NCBI GenBank assembly: GCA_038212275.1
Contig: JBBQUR010000015.1
Coordinates: 58,828 to 122,827, forward strand
Direction of reading: 5' to 3'
DNA from: Planctomycetota bacterium
GTDB taxonomy: Bacteria > Planctomycetota > B15-G4
Length of the DNA: 64,000 nucleotides
Shown piece after piece: positions 29,261 through 41,352 of this stretch (positions are counted from its first letter, which is position 1; every line of letters begins with the position of its first letter). The notes beneath the pieces are model-generated. The model was not told the DNA's origin, did not search any database, and was given only the letters and a program-made list of their open reading frames with translations. A program made the position numbers and the translations under genes.

Positions 29261-29541
29261 CCGCTCGCGGGTCCACGAAGTCGTATCACGGCCGACTGTC
29301 GCCTTCGGCTCCCACGCGCCACGGAGGACCCTACTTGCCGAGCGTGGTCACCATGCCCTGGCCGGAGAGTTCAGGCACTCTGTCCCACACCCCCGGTGCC
29401 GAAAGTTTCGGCCGTGTTTCGCGAAGCCGTATCCCCGCACCGCACGCGCACCGCCCCGGTCGCCGGCGCGACGAGATCCGCTTCGAGCGATGTGTGCGCT
29501 GCGCAGCAGGCGCCACGATCGTGCGGCCGCCGCCGGAGCTC

Positions 29542-31095
<1,554 letters not shown>

Positions 31096-31229
31096 GGCGT
31101 TCAAGAAAGAGGATGCAGCCCGGCGAGCGATCAGGCGATGTTTCTCGGGACGCCCATCGGGTGTGCCGCTCCATCCCTGACTCGCGATGCCCGCTTCAGC
31201 TTGCCGAGCGCACTCCCGCGCGCTGTAAC

Positions 31230-31430
31230 AACGCCGCGCGGGGGGCGCACCGGCGGGCACGGGCGAGGCCCGGCCTGGCCGAAGCGGCCCGGCCTCGCCC
31301 GAGCCGCGCCTGCTCTGCTTGCTTCTCTTCATCACTGTCTCCTTCCCGGGATCCGCCCGGGCTCAGGAGGCGGTGCTCTGCTCCATGCTCTGCACTTAGA
31401 AAAGCGAAGGTGTTTCCTTACGCCCTACAA
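31230..31430 (+). mobile_element. Type B IS91-like end remnant
   Basis: Near-identical inverted copy at about 56185-56345; ends gaaaagcgaaggtgtttccttacgccc. Confidence 0.7.
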
Positions 31431-31481
31431 CCTCGATCAGGTGGCTCAGCATGTCCGAAGCATACGGAGGCCCCGCCCTGC

Positions 31482-32918
31482 TCAGAACCTGAAGTAGATG
31501 AAGGGCACGATGCCCGGAGGCCGCAGACCGGTCAGCAGCAGCGCGGCCGCCAGCACCGCGAGCCCCTGCGCGAGAGCTGGCAGCCGGCACCAGCGGCGCT
31601 CGGTGCCATCCACCCACGACTGCGGCATGAAGTGCGTGACGAAGGCGGCGGCAAGCACCACGTCGACCTGCCAGGGAATCTTCGGTACGACGCCGCGCAG
31701 GCTGGCCATGCGTCCCATCAACAGCCACCACGTGGACGTGTCCGGCGCGCGATAGAGCAGGCCGATCAGCGCCACCCAGTGCCACGTCAACAGGAAGCCC
31801 ACCACCATCCACCACCGCCGCTCGCGGAAGCGCGCGAAGCGGAAGACCGTGCGCCACAGCCGCGTGACGATGAGCCCGACGCCCTGCGCAACGCCGTAGA
31901 TCACGAAGGTCCACGTCGCACCGTGCCAGAGCCCGACGAGGACGAAGGTCACGAAGGAGTTGAGACACGCGCGAACCAGCCCGCGCCGGCTGCCTCCCAG
32001 CGGAAAGAACACGTAGTCGCGGAACCAGCTCGACATCGAGATGTGCCAGCGGCGCCAGAACTCGTCGAGGCTGGACGACTTGAACGGCGAGTCGAAGTTG
32101 GGCGTCAGCTCGTAGCCGAGCAGGCGCGCGGAGCCGATCGCGATGTCGGTGTAGCCGGCGAGGTCGCCGTAGAGCTGCATGGCGAAGGCGTAGCCGAGCA
32201 GCAGCACCGAGGGCGCGTCCAGTTGCGCGAGCGTGGCGCGATCCGCCATGACGGGGTCCACGAAGTGCGTGGCCAGCAGGTCGGCGATGAGCAGCTTCTT
32301 GGCCAGGCCCTGCAGGATCTGGAAAAGGCCCGAGCCGATGCGCTCGCGCGTGAGCGGCGGCCAGCGGTCCATCTGCGGCAGGAAGTCCACCGCACGCACG
32401 ATGGGCCCGGCGATGAGCTGCGGGAAGAAGGCCACGTACAGCGCGAAGTCGATGAAGCTGCGCGTCGGCTCCAGGTCGCGGCGGTAGATGTCCAGCGTGT
32501 AGCTGAGCGTCTGGAAGGTGTAGAAGCTGATGCCGAGCGGCAGCGCCAGATGCAGGAAGGTCGGGTGCGCGTCCACACCCAGCCGGCCCAGCAGTTCCGC
32601 GACGCTGCCCACGAAGAAGTCGTAGTACTTGAAGGTGCCCAGCATCCCGAGGTTGCCGGCCAGACTCGCGGCCAGCCAGAGCCTCGCCCGTCCGCGGTCG
32701 CCGCGCGCGTGCGCCGCGTGAATGCCCCGCCCGACCGTGAAGTCCAGCATTGTGCTGGCGAACAGCAATGCGAGGAAGCTCGGGTGCGCATGCCCGTAGA
32801 ACCAGTAGCTGGCGATGAGCAGCATCGCGTGTGCGACCGGGCGCCGTCGCCGGAGCGTCCAGTACAGGACGTAGACGGTCCACAGAAACAGAAAGTAGGA
32901 GATGCTGCTGAAGACCAT
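31482..32918 (-). CDS. MBOAT O-acyltransferase (AlgI/DltB-like)
   Basis: LPLGISFYTFQ, FFPQLIAGPI, FWRRWHISMSSWFRDY, GLWHGA. Confidence 0.92.
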   Translation of the reverse strand: MVFSSISYFLFLWTVYVLYWTLRRRRPVAHAMLLIASYWFYGHAHPSFLALLFASTMLDFTVGRGIHAAHARGDRGRARLWLAASLAGNLGMLGTFKYYDFFVGSVAELLGRLGVDAHPTFLHLALPLGISFYTFQTLSYTLDIYRRDLEPTRSFIDFALYVAFFPQLIAGPIVRAVDFLPQMDRWPPLTRERIGSGLFQILQGLAKKLLIADLLATHFVDPVMADRATLAQLDAPSVLLLGYAFAMQLYGDLAGYTDIAIGSARLLGYELTPNFDSPFKSSSLDEFWRRWHISMSSWFRDYVFFPLGGSRRGLVRACLNSFVTFVLVGLWHGATWTFVIYGVAQGVGLIVTRLWRTVFRFARFRERRWWMVVGFLLTWHWVALIGLLYRAPDTSTWWLLMGRMASLRGVVPKIPWQVDVVLAAAFVTHFMPQSWVDGTERRWCRLPALAQGLAVLAAALLLTGLRPPGIVPFIYFRF

Positions 32919-33087
32919 CGTTCCCCGCGGTGGCGCGACCGGAGTAACCTAACATCAGGCTCGACCCGAGTACGCCATCCGCCACGGTGCACGCCGCCTG
33001 CGACGCGCGGGCCGGGCGTGCGCCTGCAGCTGGCCGCGGCGCACGGCGGCCGCGCTAGACTCGGGGCCCGCGCCCTCGGAGTTCGCG

Positions 33088-34683
33088 ATGCAGACCCCAC
33101 GCCGCCTGCGACGACAGCGTGGGAGCGCATGGCCGTCGCGCCGACGCGCCACGCTGCTCGCCGTGCTGGGCGCGGCGGTGCTTGCGGCGTGCGGCGGTGA
33201 AGCAGCCTCGTCTCCGCCCGCACCGGCGGCCGCGTCGACGCAGGCACCACACGCCGCGACCGCGGCGTACGCGCCGTCGTCACGGGCGCCGCGCGAGGTG
33301 GCCAACGTGCTCCTCGTGAGCATCGACACGCTGCGCGCGGACTCGCTGGAGTGCTACGGCTACGACCGACAGACAGCACCGCACCTGGCTGGGCTGGCCG
33401 CGCAGGGCGCGCTGTTCGAGCAGGCCATCGCGACGTCCGACTGGACGCTGCCCGCGCACTGCTCGCTGTTCACCGGCCTGTACCCGTCCACGCATCGAGT
33501 CGAGACGCAGGACGACACGCTGGACGAAGCGCGCGGCACGCTGGGCCAGGACCTGCTGGCCAGGGGCTACCGCACCGAGGGCTATGTGACCAACCCCTTC
33601 CTCGACGCGCGCTTCGGCTACGCGCGCGGCATGCAGGTCTGGGCGCACCCCACGGTGCGGACAATCGAGCCGGCCGGCACGCTCGCGGGCGCGCGGGCCG
33701 GCTTCCGCACCAGCCACCCGCGCATTCGCGCCAGGGACTACTGGTTCGACCAGACCAGCGCGTGGGTCGCGGACCGAGGCATCGACTTCCTGCGGCAGTC
33801 CGGCCACGCCGCGCCGTTCTTCCTCTTCCTGCATTTCAACGACGTGCACGCGGACTACATCCCGCCCGCGCCGTACGACGAGATGTTCGACCCGGGCTGG
33901 AACGGCGACCTGGTCACGGAGGACTATCCGCGCAACGCCGCGATTCACGCCGGCATGGATTCACGCGACCTGGCGCACGTGAAGGCGCTGTACGACGGCG
34001 AAATCCGCAGCGTGGACGAGCACCTCGGCCGCGTGCTCGCCGCTCTCGACGCGCTGGACCTCGCACGCGACACGCTGGTGATGGTCACCGCGGATCACGG
34101 CGAGGGATTCTTCGAACACGGCGAGAAGGAGCACCGCAAGGGACTGTTCCGCGAGCTGGTGCACGTGCCGTGGGTCGTGCGCTACCCGGGCCGCGTGCGG
34201 GCCGGCCAGCGTGTCACGTCGCTCGCCAGCCAGGCCGACGTCGCACCCACGCTGCTCGGACTGCTCGGCGCGGACGGCCTGCCTGACGCGGAAGGCGTGG
34301 ACTGGTCCGCCGTGCTGCGCGACGGCGCGGCGCCACCCGTGCGCGTCGGCGTCCGCAGTCAGTGCCTCATCAGTCCCGAGGGTGGCCAGCCCGCTGCCGC
34401 GTGCTTCTCGCTGCGCACGCCGTCCTTTACCGTGCTCACGCACTGGCGCGACGGCGCGTCGCAGCCCGTGACGCAGGTCTTCGACTGCCGCGCGGATCCG
34501 CAAGAGCTAACGCCGCTGGCCGACACCGACCCGGCCTGCGCGGACGCACGGGCACGGCTGGCGAGCGTGCGCGACGAGGCCGCGCAGCGCAGCCGCGCCC
34601 TGCCCCATGTCGGGACGCAACCGCCGGCCGATGATGACGCAGCGCTGCTCGAACGCATGCGGGCCATGGGCTACATCCGCTAG
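33088..34683 (+). CDS. Sulfatase-like alkaline-phosphatase-superfamily lipoprotein
   Basis: SIDTLRAD, WTLPAHCSLFTG, YDGEI, TADHGE; lipobox LAAC. Confidence 0.85.
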   Translation: MQTPRRLRRQRGSAWPSRRRATLLAVLGAAVLAACGGEAASSPPAPAAASTQAPHAATAAYAPSSRAPREVANVLLVSIDTLRADSLECYGYDRQTAPHLAGLAAQGALFEQAIATSDWTLPAHCSLFTGLYPSTHRVETQDDTLDEARGTLGQDLLARGYRTEGYVTNPFLDARFGYARGMQVWAHPTVRTIEPAGTLAGARAGFRTSHPRIRARDYWFDQTSAWVADRGIDFLRQSGHAAPFFLFLHFNDVHADYIPPAPYDEMFDPGWNGDLVTEDYPRNAAIHAGMDSRDLAHVKALYDGEIRSVDEHLGRVLAALDALDLARDTLVMVTADHGEGFFEHGEKEHRKGLFRELVHVPWVVRYPGRVRAGQRVTSLASQADVAPTLLGLLGADGLPDAEGVDWSAVLRDGAAPPVRVGVRSQCLISPEGGQPAAACFSLRTPSFTVLTHWRDGASQPVTQVFDCRADPQELTPLADTDPACADARARLASVRDEAAQRSRALPHVGTQPPADDDAALLERMRAMGYIR

Positions 34684-34708
34684 CTTGCGGCGCGAGGCGC
34701 GCGGCGCG

Positions 34709-35869
34709 TCAGCGCGGCGCGACCGGGTCGACGGGCGGCGCGTCGCCGAGCAGTTCCCCGAGCACGCGCGCAACGCGACCCATCGCGTTTGCGTCCGCGA
34801 GATGGCCCTCGCGATCGAGGACGAAGGTCGCGGGCGCGTCGTCCAGGCCCCACTCGAGCGCGATCGGGCTGTCGAGACCCGCGCCCGGGCAATCCTGCGG
34901 CCAGTCCACGTGCCAGTCCACAAGCCGCTGGCGCAACGCCTGCTGCCCGGCATCGTCCGCGCACGCGTCAAGGTTCACGCCGACGAAGACTTCGCCGCGC
35001 GGCCCCGCCTTGGCGCTCAGCGCCGACAGCTCGGCCAACTCGTCACGACTCGTCGCCATGTCCGAGCGCCAGAAGTGGACGACCACGATCCGGCCGCGCC
35101 ACGCCGCCACGTCCACGGGCCGGCCCGTGCGCAGATCGTCGAAGGCCAGTTCGAACGGCGCCCCGCGCTGCTCGATGCGCCGCACCTTGCCGGGGATGAA
35201 GCGGGCGCGCGCGAAGCCCGGGTAGTCATCAAGCACCTCGCGGTACAGCGCGAGCGCGTGCTCGGGTTGATGCCACGCGCCAGCCGCCAGCAGCATGAGC
35301 ATGCGCGCCCCCTTCATGTTCGATGGGTCGTGCCGCCGGAAGGTCTCCACCGCCGCCTCGATCGCGGCGCGATCTCCGCCGGCCACCGTGGCCTGCACGC
35401 GCCAGTACCAGGCCTGCGCCACCAGCTCCGGCGACGGCTGCGTGCGAAGCACCTGCGCCATCTCCTCCTCCGCACGCGCGCGGTCCGTCACGAGCAGCAG
35501 GTGCCAGCGCTGCGGCATGAGCGTCGCGAGTTGCGGATGCGAGGGCTGCGCGCGGAACAGCTCCAGCGCGAGCCCGGCGCGACGTTGCTGCAGCGCCTGC
35601 CGCGCCGCTTCGCCGGCACCATTTTCGGGCTTCGAAGCCGACGGTGACGACGCCTCCAGCTGCACAAGGTCCGCGAGGATGGCAGACACGTCGCGGCTGG
35701 GAGGCGGCAGGTCACCCGCCGGCGACGCGGCCGGAACGCCGGGCGCGGGACGCGCCGACTGCTCAAGCGGCGCCGACTGCGCGGCGGCCGACGCGATGAG
35801 CAGCGCGACGAGCGTGACAGCCGGCAGCAACACGGTGCATGCCCGCAGCACGCGCGGTGGATGCTTCAT
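34709..35869 (-). CDS. Exported TPR plus TlpA-like thioredoxin-fold protein lacking CxxC
   Basis: GRIVVVHFWRSDMATS, VGVNLD, LDREG. Confidence 0.7.
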   Translation of the reverse strand: MKHPPRVLRACTVLLPAVTLVALLIASAAAQSAPLEQSARPAPGVPAASPAGDLPPPSRDVSAILADLVQLEASSPSASKPENGAGEAARQALQQRRAGLALELFRAQPSHPQLATLMPQRWHLLLVTDRARAEEEMAQVLRTQPSPELVAQAWYWRVQATVAGGDRAAIEAAVETFRRHDPSNMKGARMLMLLAAGAWHQPEHALALYREVLDDYPGFARARFIPGKVRRIEQRGAPFELAFDDLRTGRPVDVAAWRGRIVVVHFWRSDMATSRDELAELSALSAKAGPRGEVFVGVNLDACADDAGQQALRQRLVDWHVDWPQDCPGAGLDSPIALEWGLDDAPATFVLDREGHLADANAMGRVARVLGELLGDAPPVDPVAPR

Positions 35870-36915
35870 CGGGGCGCCTCTTCCCCGCTGGACACTGTTC
35901 GCCGCGTCGCCAGCGACTGGTCGCGATCCAGCACGAGCACGACCTTGCCCATCGTGCGACGCGCCTGCAGCGCCGCATGCGCCTGCGCTGCCTGCTCGAA
36001 GGGAAAGCGCGCGCCGATAACGGGGCGCAGCTCGTGCGCCGCGCAGAACGCGACCAGCTCGTCCCACTCGCGGCGACGCGTGTGTGCGGCGAGCGCGTCC
36101 AGGTCCAGGCCGCCCACGCTGATCGAGCGGTGCAGCAGCGTGAGCGGGTGCAGCGGTGCAAGACGCGCCCCGTGATCCGAGCCGATGGAGCTGAAACCCA
36201 CGAGAACCATGCGCCCGAGCGGCGCGAGCACATCGAGGCTGCGCTGCGCGACCTCGCCCCCGACGGACTCCACGCAGACGTCCGCGCCGCGCCCGCCGGT
36301 GAGCCGCCGCACCACGGGACCGAAGTCCTCGCGCGAGGTGTCCACGCAGGCCGTCGCGCCGAGCGCGAGGACGTGCGCGCACTTGGCCGCGAAGCCGGCG
36401 GCGCCGATGACCGGATCGCAGCCGAGCGCGCGCCCGAGCTGCACCGTCGCGCTGCCGACGCCGCCCGCGGCCGCTTGCACGAGCAGCGCCTCGCCCGGCC
36501 GCACGCGCGCCAACTCGTGCAGCGCGTACCACGCCGTGAGGAAGCACGCCGCGAAGGCCGCCGCCTCCGTGAAGTCCAAGCCGGGCGGTGGCGACAGGAG
36601 CTGCTCTTCGCGCGCCGCGATGGTCTCCGCGTAGCAGCCGTCCTCGAAGCGCACGACGATCACCGGGTCGCCGACGGCAAAGCGCGTCGCGCGCGCGCCA
36701 CGCGCCGCGACCACGCCCGAGGCCTCCTTGCCCGGCACCTGCGGCAGCACCTGGTCGCGCCGGTAGTGACCGCGGCACAGCACGATGTCGGCGAAGTTCA
36801 CGCCGATCGCGCGCGTCTGCACGAGGTAGCCGTCGGGCGGGCACTCCGGCTCCGGAGCGTCCACGAGAAGCAGCGTCTCCGGCCCGCCGAACGTGTCCTG
36901 CCGATACGTGCGCAT
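35866..36915 (-). CDS. NADPH:quinone oxidoreductase / MDR family
   Basis: GVNFAD, PGKEASG, AAAGGVG, RRTMGKVVL. Confidence 0.9.
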   Translation of the reverse strand: MRTYRQDTFGGPETLLLVDAPEPECPPDGYLVQTRAIGVNFADIVLCRGHYRRDQVLPQVPGKEASGVVAARGARATRFAVGDPVIVVRFEDGCYAETIAAREEQLLSPPPGLDFTEAAAFAACFLTAWYALHELARVRPGEALLVQAAAGGVGSATVQLGRALGCDPVIGAAGFAAKCAHVLALGATACVDTSREDFGPVVRRLTGGRGADVCVESVGGEVAQRSLDVLAPLGRMVLVGFSSIGSDHGARLAPLHPLTLLHRSISVGGLDLDALAAHTRRREWDELVAFCAAHELRPVIGARFPFEQAAQAHAALQARRTMGKVVLVLDRDQSLATRRTVSSGEEAPR

Positions 36916-36938
36916 GGCTCTCCGCCGCGGGCTTCCGC

Positions 36939-37886
36939 TCAGGGACTGCCGGTGCAGCGGAACAGCGCGCTGGCCGTGGTGAAACCCGCGCCAAAGACGG
37001 TGACGAGCACGAGCTCTCCGGCCCGCAGCGGCAACTCCTCGGACTTGCGGATGAGCGTGGCCGGAGCGCCGGCCGCACCGCGATTGCCGTAGAGCTGCAC
37101 CGTGTGCCAGTGCCGCTCGCTCGGAATCCCCAGCTCCTCGGCCACCTGCTCCAGCAAGCGGAGGTTGGCCTGATGGCCGACGAAGGCTGCCAGCTCATGC
37201 GGCGCGACGTGGCAGCGCTGCAGGAGCGTGCGCGCACTCTGCACGAAGCCGCGCAGCGCGAACTCCTTGACCTTGTGCGCGACCTGCGTCGCGACGCCTG
37301 ACAGCGGCAGGCTCGTGTACCGCCCTCCCTCCGTCATTGCGCCGACGTCCCAGTCCAGCAGTTCCAGCGCGCCGGCGCGCGCTTCGGGCTGAAGCAGCAC
37401 GCACGCGCCGCCGTCGCCCCAGTAGAGGCCAAGACCGTCGTCGTCGTAGCTCGTGAAGCGAGTGTAGTTGTCCGCCGCGACCAGCGCGATCCGCCGGAAG
37501 CGCCCGCTGTCGATGAGCGCCGAGGCCACGCCCAGCCCGTAGACGAAGCCTGCGCAGGCGGCGTTCACGTCGAGGCACGGCGGTGAGATGCCCAGCTTGC
37601 CGCCAATGACGCACGCCGTCGACGGCACGAGCGCGTCCGGCGTGGACGTCGCGCAGAGCAGCAGGTCGATGTCCGCCAGCGTCCAGTCGGAGTGCGCGAG
37701 CGCCTCGCGCACGCTGGCGACGCCCAGATCGGAGGTCCTCCAGTCGGCCGGCGCGCGACGGCGCTCGCGGATGCCGAGGTGCTGCTCGATCCACGCGCCG
37801 GTGACTCCCGAGCGGCGCGACAGGTCTTCGTTCGTGATGCGCTCGTCCGGGTGATGCACGCCCGTACCGGCCACGTAAGTCGTCAC
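36939..37886 (-). CDS. fabH: 3-oxoacyl-ACP synthase III family
   Basis: NAACAGF, GHQAN, YGNRG (Cys-His-Asn triad). Confidence 0.85.
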   Translation of the reverse strand: MTTYVAGTGVHHPDERITNEDLSRRSGVTGAWIEQHLGIRERRRAPADWRTSDLGVASVREALAHSDWTLADIDLLLCATSTPDALVPSTACVIGGKLGISPPCLDVNAACAGFVYGLGVASALIDSGRFRRIALVAADNYTRFTSYDDDGLGLYWGDGGACVLLQPEARAGALELLDWDVGAMTEGGRYTSLPLSGVATQVAHKVKEFALRGFVQSARTLLQRCHVAPHELAAFVGHQANLRLLEQVAEELGIPSERHWHTVQLYGNRGAAGAPATLIRKSEELPLRAGELVLVTVFGAGFTTASALFRCTGSP

Positions 37887-38066
37887 CTCGGCTCCTGGAT
37901 GCGTTCCGAGCGCGCCTGCCTCACCTCGACAGGTCGGACTATAGCAGTCGCCTCGCGTGCGCGCTGTCACGTCTGTCGCGGCGCGTGCGTTCCTTGACAA
38001 GGCGGCGGGCCGGGAGTAGCGTTGCGAGTGATCGTTCCTGCGTCGCGCCGCGCGACCGAAAACCGA

Positions 38067-39338
38067 ATGGGGTCCGACATGATCCTCCTCGCGTCCTTCG
38101 CCTGCGCCGTCTTCTCCGCCGCCTTCGCCTGCCCGCTGCAGGACGCCGCCGGCACCGCACCGCCCCATGGTGCTGCGTCCGCCGCGCCGCTCTACCTCGA
38201 CGGAAACGTGGCCGCCGTGAACGCGCTCGACAAGGGCGAGCTGGATCCGTCGGCCATCACCAGCTTCGACCACTTCTGCGAAGACGTCATCACCAGCAAC
38301 GACAATGCGGTGACGGCTGTGGAGAACGGCATCACCTGGTACGGCCGCTGGGAGGATGCCGTGGCTGAAGTGCAGCGCACCGGCAAGCCGCTCCTGGTGC
38401 ACTTCGGTTCGCCGCGCGTCATGCAGGTCTGCGGAGTCTGGTGAAAGGGCACTGAGTTCGTGAGGAGGCGTGTCTTCCTCAATCAGTCCTTCATCGCGGA
38501 ATCGCGCCACTTCGTGTGCGTGAGGCTCAACGCGTGGCAGGACAAGCGCAACGTGGAGCGCATCGTCCGGCTGCAGGGCGTGCACCAGAACTCGTGCCTC
38601 GCGCTCGTGCCGCCCGACGCGCCGGGCGTCGCCGTGGACTCGTTCCCGACGGCGAAGGAGTGTGCGTGGGGCCCGCTGGATTTCAACGGATCCGACGGAA
38701 GCTCACCTTGGGAAGAGGTCGGCCGACACCTGCGCTCGCTCCCGGACGCCATGCGCACATTGGCCCAGGAGCACCCCGCTCGGCCGGCCGCCGGGTCCCG
38801 CCCCGTGCTTCCCGTGTTCCCCGACCTGACGCAGGTGCTCAACATCGCCGCGTGCGACTGCCGTGCGGTCATCGTGGCTGTCGCGGACGAAAGCGACATG
38901 GCAGCCCTCGACCACCTGCTGGTCGGCGCGATCGCGGCGCCGCATGTCGTGGGCCGGGCGCACGTGGTGCGCGCCACGCCGGCCGAATGGCGCGTGGCGC
39001 TCGACTCCGGGCAGATCGTCGCCGCGCCCGACGACGCAACGGGCGGCGCGATCGCCACCGACATCCCGGGCATCTTCGTCGTCGGGCCCGAGCCTTACGG
39101 CTTGCATGGGACGCTGCTCGCGCGCATCGACAGCGCCCATTCGCCCGCCGATCTGCTCGCGACGCTGCACGACGGCCTGGACCGTTTCGCGGCCAGCTTC
39201 CACAAGCTGGACCGCTCGTCGCACATCATCGAGGGCCGCCGCGACGGCAAGCGCTGGAAGGAGTTCCAGCCCGGCGACTGGCGCCTCTTCGCGGACCCGT
39301 CGGACGACGCTCCGCCACCGGAATGCGAGGACCATTGA
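38067..39338 (+). CDS. Putative exported thioredoxin-like selenoprotein (Sec at TGA 38442-38444)
   Basis: Two in-frame ORFs separated only by one TGA; thioredoxin-like sequence continues across it; SECIS-like hairpin follows. Confidence 0.72.
38445..38492 (+). promoter_or_regulatory. Bacterial SECIS-like hairpin
   Basis: TGAGGAGG (38461-68) pairs with CTTCCTCA (38474-81) around loop CGTGT; ACTGA (38451-55) pairs with TCAGT (38483-87). Confidence 0.65.
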
Positions 39339-39391
39339 GGCGGCCTGCGCCGACTCCGCGCATCACCGCGCCGCTCGGCCGCCGCTCGCCG

Positions 39392-41092
39392 ATGCCGGCG
39401 CACGCGGGCGCCGCCGTGCTGCTCGCGCTTATGGGCGTGGCGGGCGCCGCGCGGGCGCAGGATCACCTCTTCACCCATGACGGCTCCACCACATACGCAG
39501 GCTTCGGCTTCGCGGTGGCGGGACTCGGCGATCTCGACGGTGACGGCGCGCCCGACTACATCGTCGGATCGCTCGCCTGCACATCGCCCAACGGCAAGCT
39601 CGCACGCGTATTCTCCGGCGCCACCGGCACGCTCATCCGCGAGCACGTCGGAGAGCAGAGCGGCTGCTTCGGCATGTCGGTGGCCAACCTCGGCGACCTC
39701 GATGGCGACGGCGTGCTGGACTACGGCGTCGGCGACGTGCGCGTGGACTCGCTCCTCGCGCCGCAGGCCGGCCGCGTCTTCCTCTACTCGGGCCGCGACG
39801 GCTCGCTCATCCGGATCCTGGAGGGCGACACGTCGGCGGACCGCTACGGCATGTCGCTCAGCTCCGCGGGCGACGTGGACCGTGACGGCGTCCTCGACGT
39901 GCTGGTGGGCAGCGGCTGGGACAGCACCAAGGGCACGGAGGTCGGCAGCGCGGACATCTATTCCGGCGCGACGGGCGCGCTGCTGCACCACTTCGACGGC
40001 GACGCGCCGCGCGACTGGTTCGGTGCGAGCTGCGCGGCGCTGGCCGACGTCGACGGCGACGGCACGACGGACGTGGCCGTCGGCGCGCCGATCCGCTGGT
40101 ACGGCGCCACCGGTACCGAGCCCGCCGGCTACGTGCGCATATTCTCGGGCCGGACTGGCCTGCCGCTCGCCACGTACCACGGCGTGCCGCCCGAGGACCA
40201 CTACGGCCTCTCGATCGCGGGCCTTGGCGACCTCGATGGCGACGGCGTAGGCGAACTCGCGATCGGCGCGCCGCGTCGGCGCGTCGACATCCACGACATG
40301 CCCGTGGAAATCGGCGTGCTGGAGGTGCGCTCCGGCGCCACAGGCCAGGTGCTTTTCACGGCGTACGGCACGGACAAGTCCAAGTACGGCACCTCGGTGC
40401 GCGACCTCGGCGACTTCGACGGCGACGGCATCGACGACGTGCTCGTCGGCGCCTGCTACTGCCAGAACAACATTCCCCTGAACGGCGGCAAGGGCTGGGT
40501 GGAGATCCGCTCCGGCGCAACCGGCGGGCTGCTCGGCAAGCTCGTGGACGGCAAGGCGCTGAATTCCTTCGCGTATGCGGTGTCGGGTCTGGGCGACGTC
40601 ACTGGCGACGGCGTGCCGGACTTCGTCGTGGGCAACACCTTCGACGACGTGAATGGCTACCAGACCGGCAGCGCGTGGGTCTACTCGGGCGCCGATCTCT
40701 CGCTGCTCCTGGACACGCAGCAGATCTCGCTGCAGCAGGGCGGCGCGCAGGAGCTGACGCTGGATGCAGGCCCCGAACATGCCTCGTCCGTGTTTCTGAT
40801 GCTCGGCAGCATCTCGGGCACGACCCCCGGCTTCCGCCTCGGCGGGCAGCACGTGCCGCTCAACCCCGATGCCTACTTCAACCTGCTGCTCGACAATCCC
40901 GTCAACTCGCTCTTCGGGACCACGGTCGGCACGCTGGACGCGCAGGGCCAGGCGCACACCGCGCTGACGCTCCCCGCGGGCCTCGTGCCGGCCAGCGCGG
41001 CCGGGCTCGTGCTGCACCACGCCTACATCCTGCACGGCCCCGGCGGCGCCAACTTCTCCAGCAACGCCCTCCCGCTCACGCTGCAGCCCTGA
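39392..41092 (+). CDS. Secreted FG-GAP (integrin-alpha) repeat protein
   Basis: Seven FG..V...GD.DGDG..D..VG repeats and a signal peptide; alternative TTG start at 39335 overlaps the upstream stop. Confidence 0.9.
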   Translation: MPAHAGAAVLLALMGVAGAARAQDHLFTHDGSTTYAGFGFAVAGLGDLDGDGAPDYIVGSLACTSPNGKLARVFSGATGTLIREHVGEQSGCFGMSVANLGDLDGDGVLDYGVGDVRVDSLLAPQAGRVFLYSGRDGSLIRILEGDTSADRYGMSLSSAGDVDRDGVLDVLVGSGWDSTKGTEVGSADIYSGATGALLHHFDGDAPRDWFGASCAALADVDGDGTTDVAVGAPIRWYGATGTEPAGYVRIFSGRTGLPLATYHGVPPEDHYGLSIAGLGDLDGDGVGELAIGAPRRRVDIHDMPVEIGVLEVRSGATGQVLFTAYGTDKSKYGTSVRDLGDFDGDGIDDVLVGACYCQNNIPLNGGKGWVEIRSGATGGLLGKLVDGKALNSFAYAVSGLGDVTGDGVPDFVVGNTFDDVNGYQTGSAWVYSGADLSLLLDTQQISLQQGGAQELTLDAGPEHASSVFLMLGSISGTTPGFRLGGQHVPLNPDAYFNLLLDNPVNSLFGTTVGTLDAQGQAHTALTLPAGLVPASAAGLVLHHAYILHGPGGANFSSNALPLTLQP

Positions 41093-41352
41093 TGCGTGCG
41101 CGATGCGTGCGGCGCATCGACTCCCAGGATCTCCCCCGGCGCCACGCGGCGGGACCCGCGACGCGTGACTTCGTTACGCATGGCGACTTGCCGCAACAGG
41201 AACTGGAGTCTCCGTAAACCTGCTCGCGCTGCGCATCGTCGTCGTCGCGATCATCCTGGCGCTCAAGGTGGCCGGGCTTCCTGTTCAATCTGCTCTTCGT
41301 GCTGGTCGTGCTGGGCGGCCAGTACTGGCTGCTTGCCCCGCACGTCGGGTTT

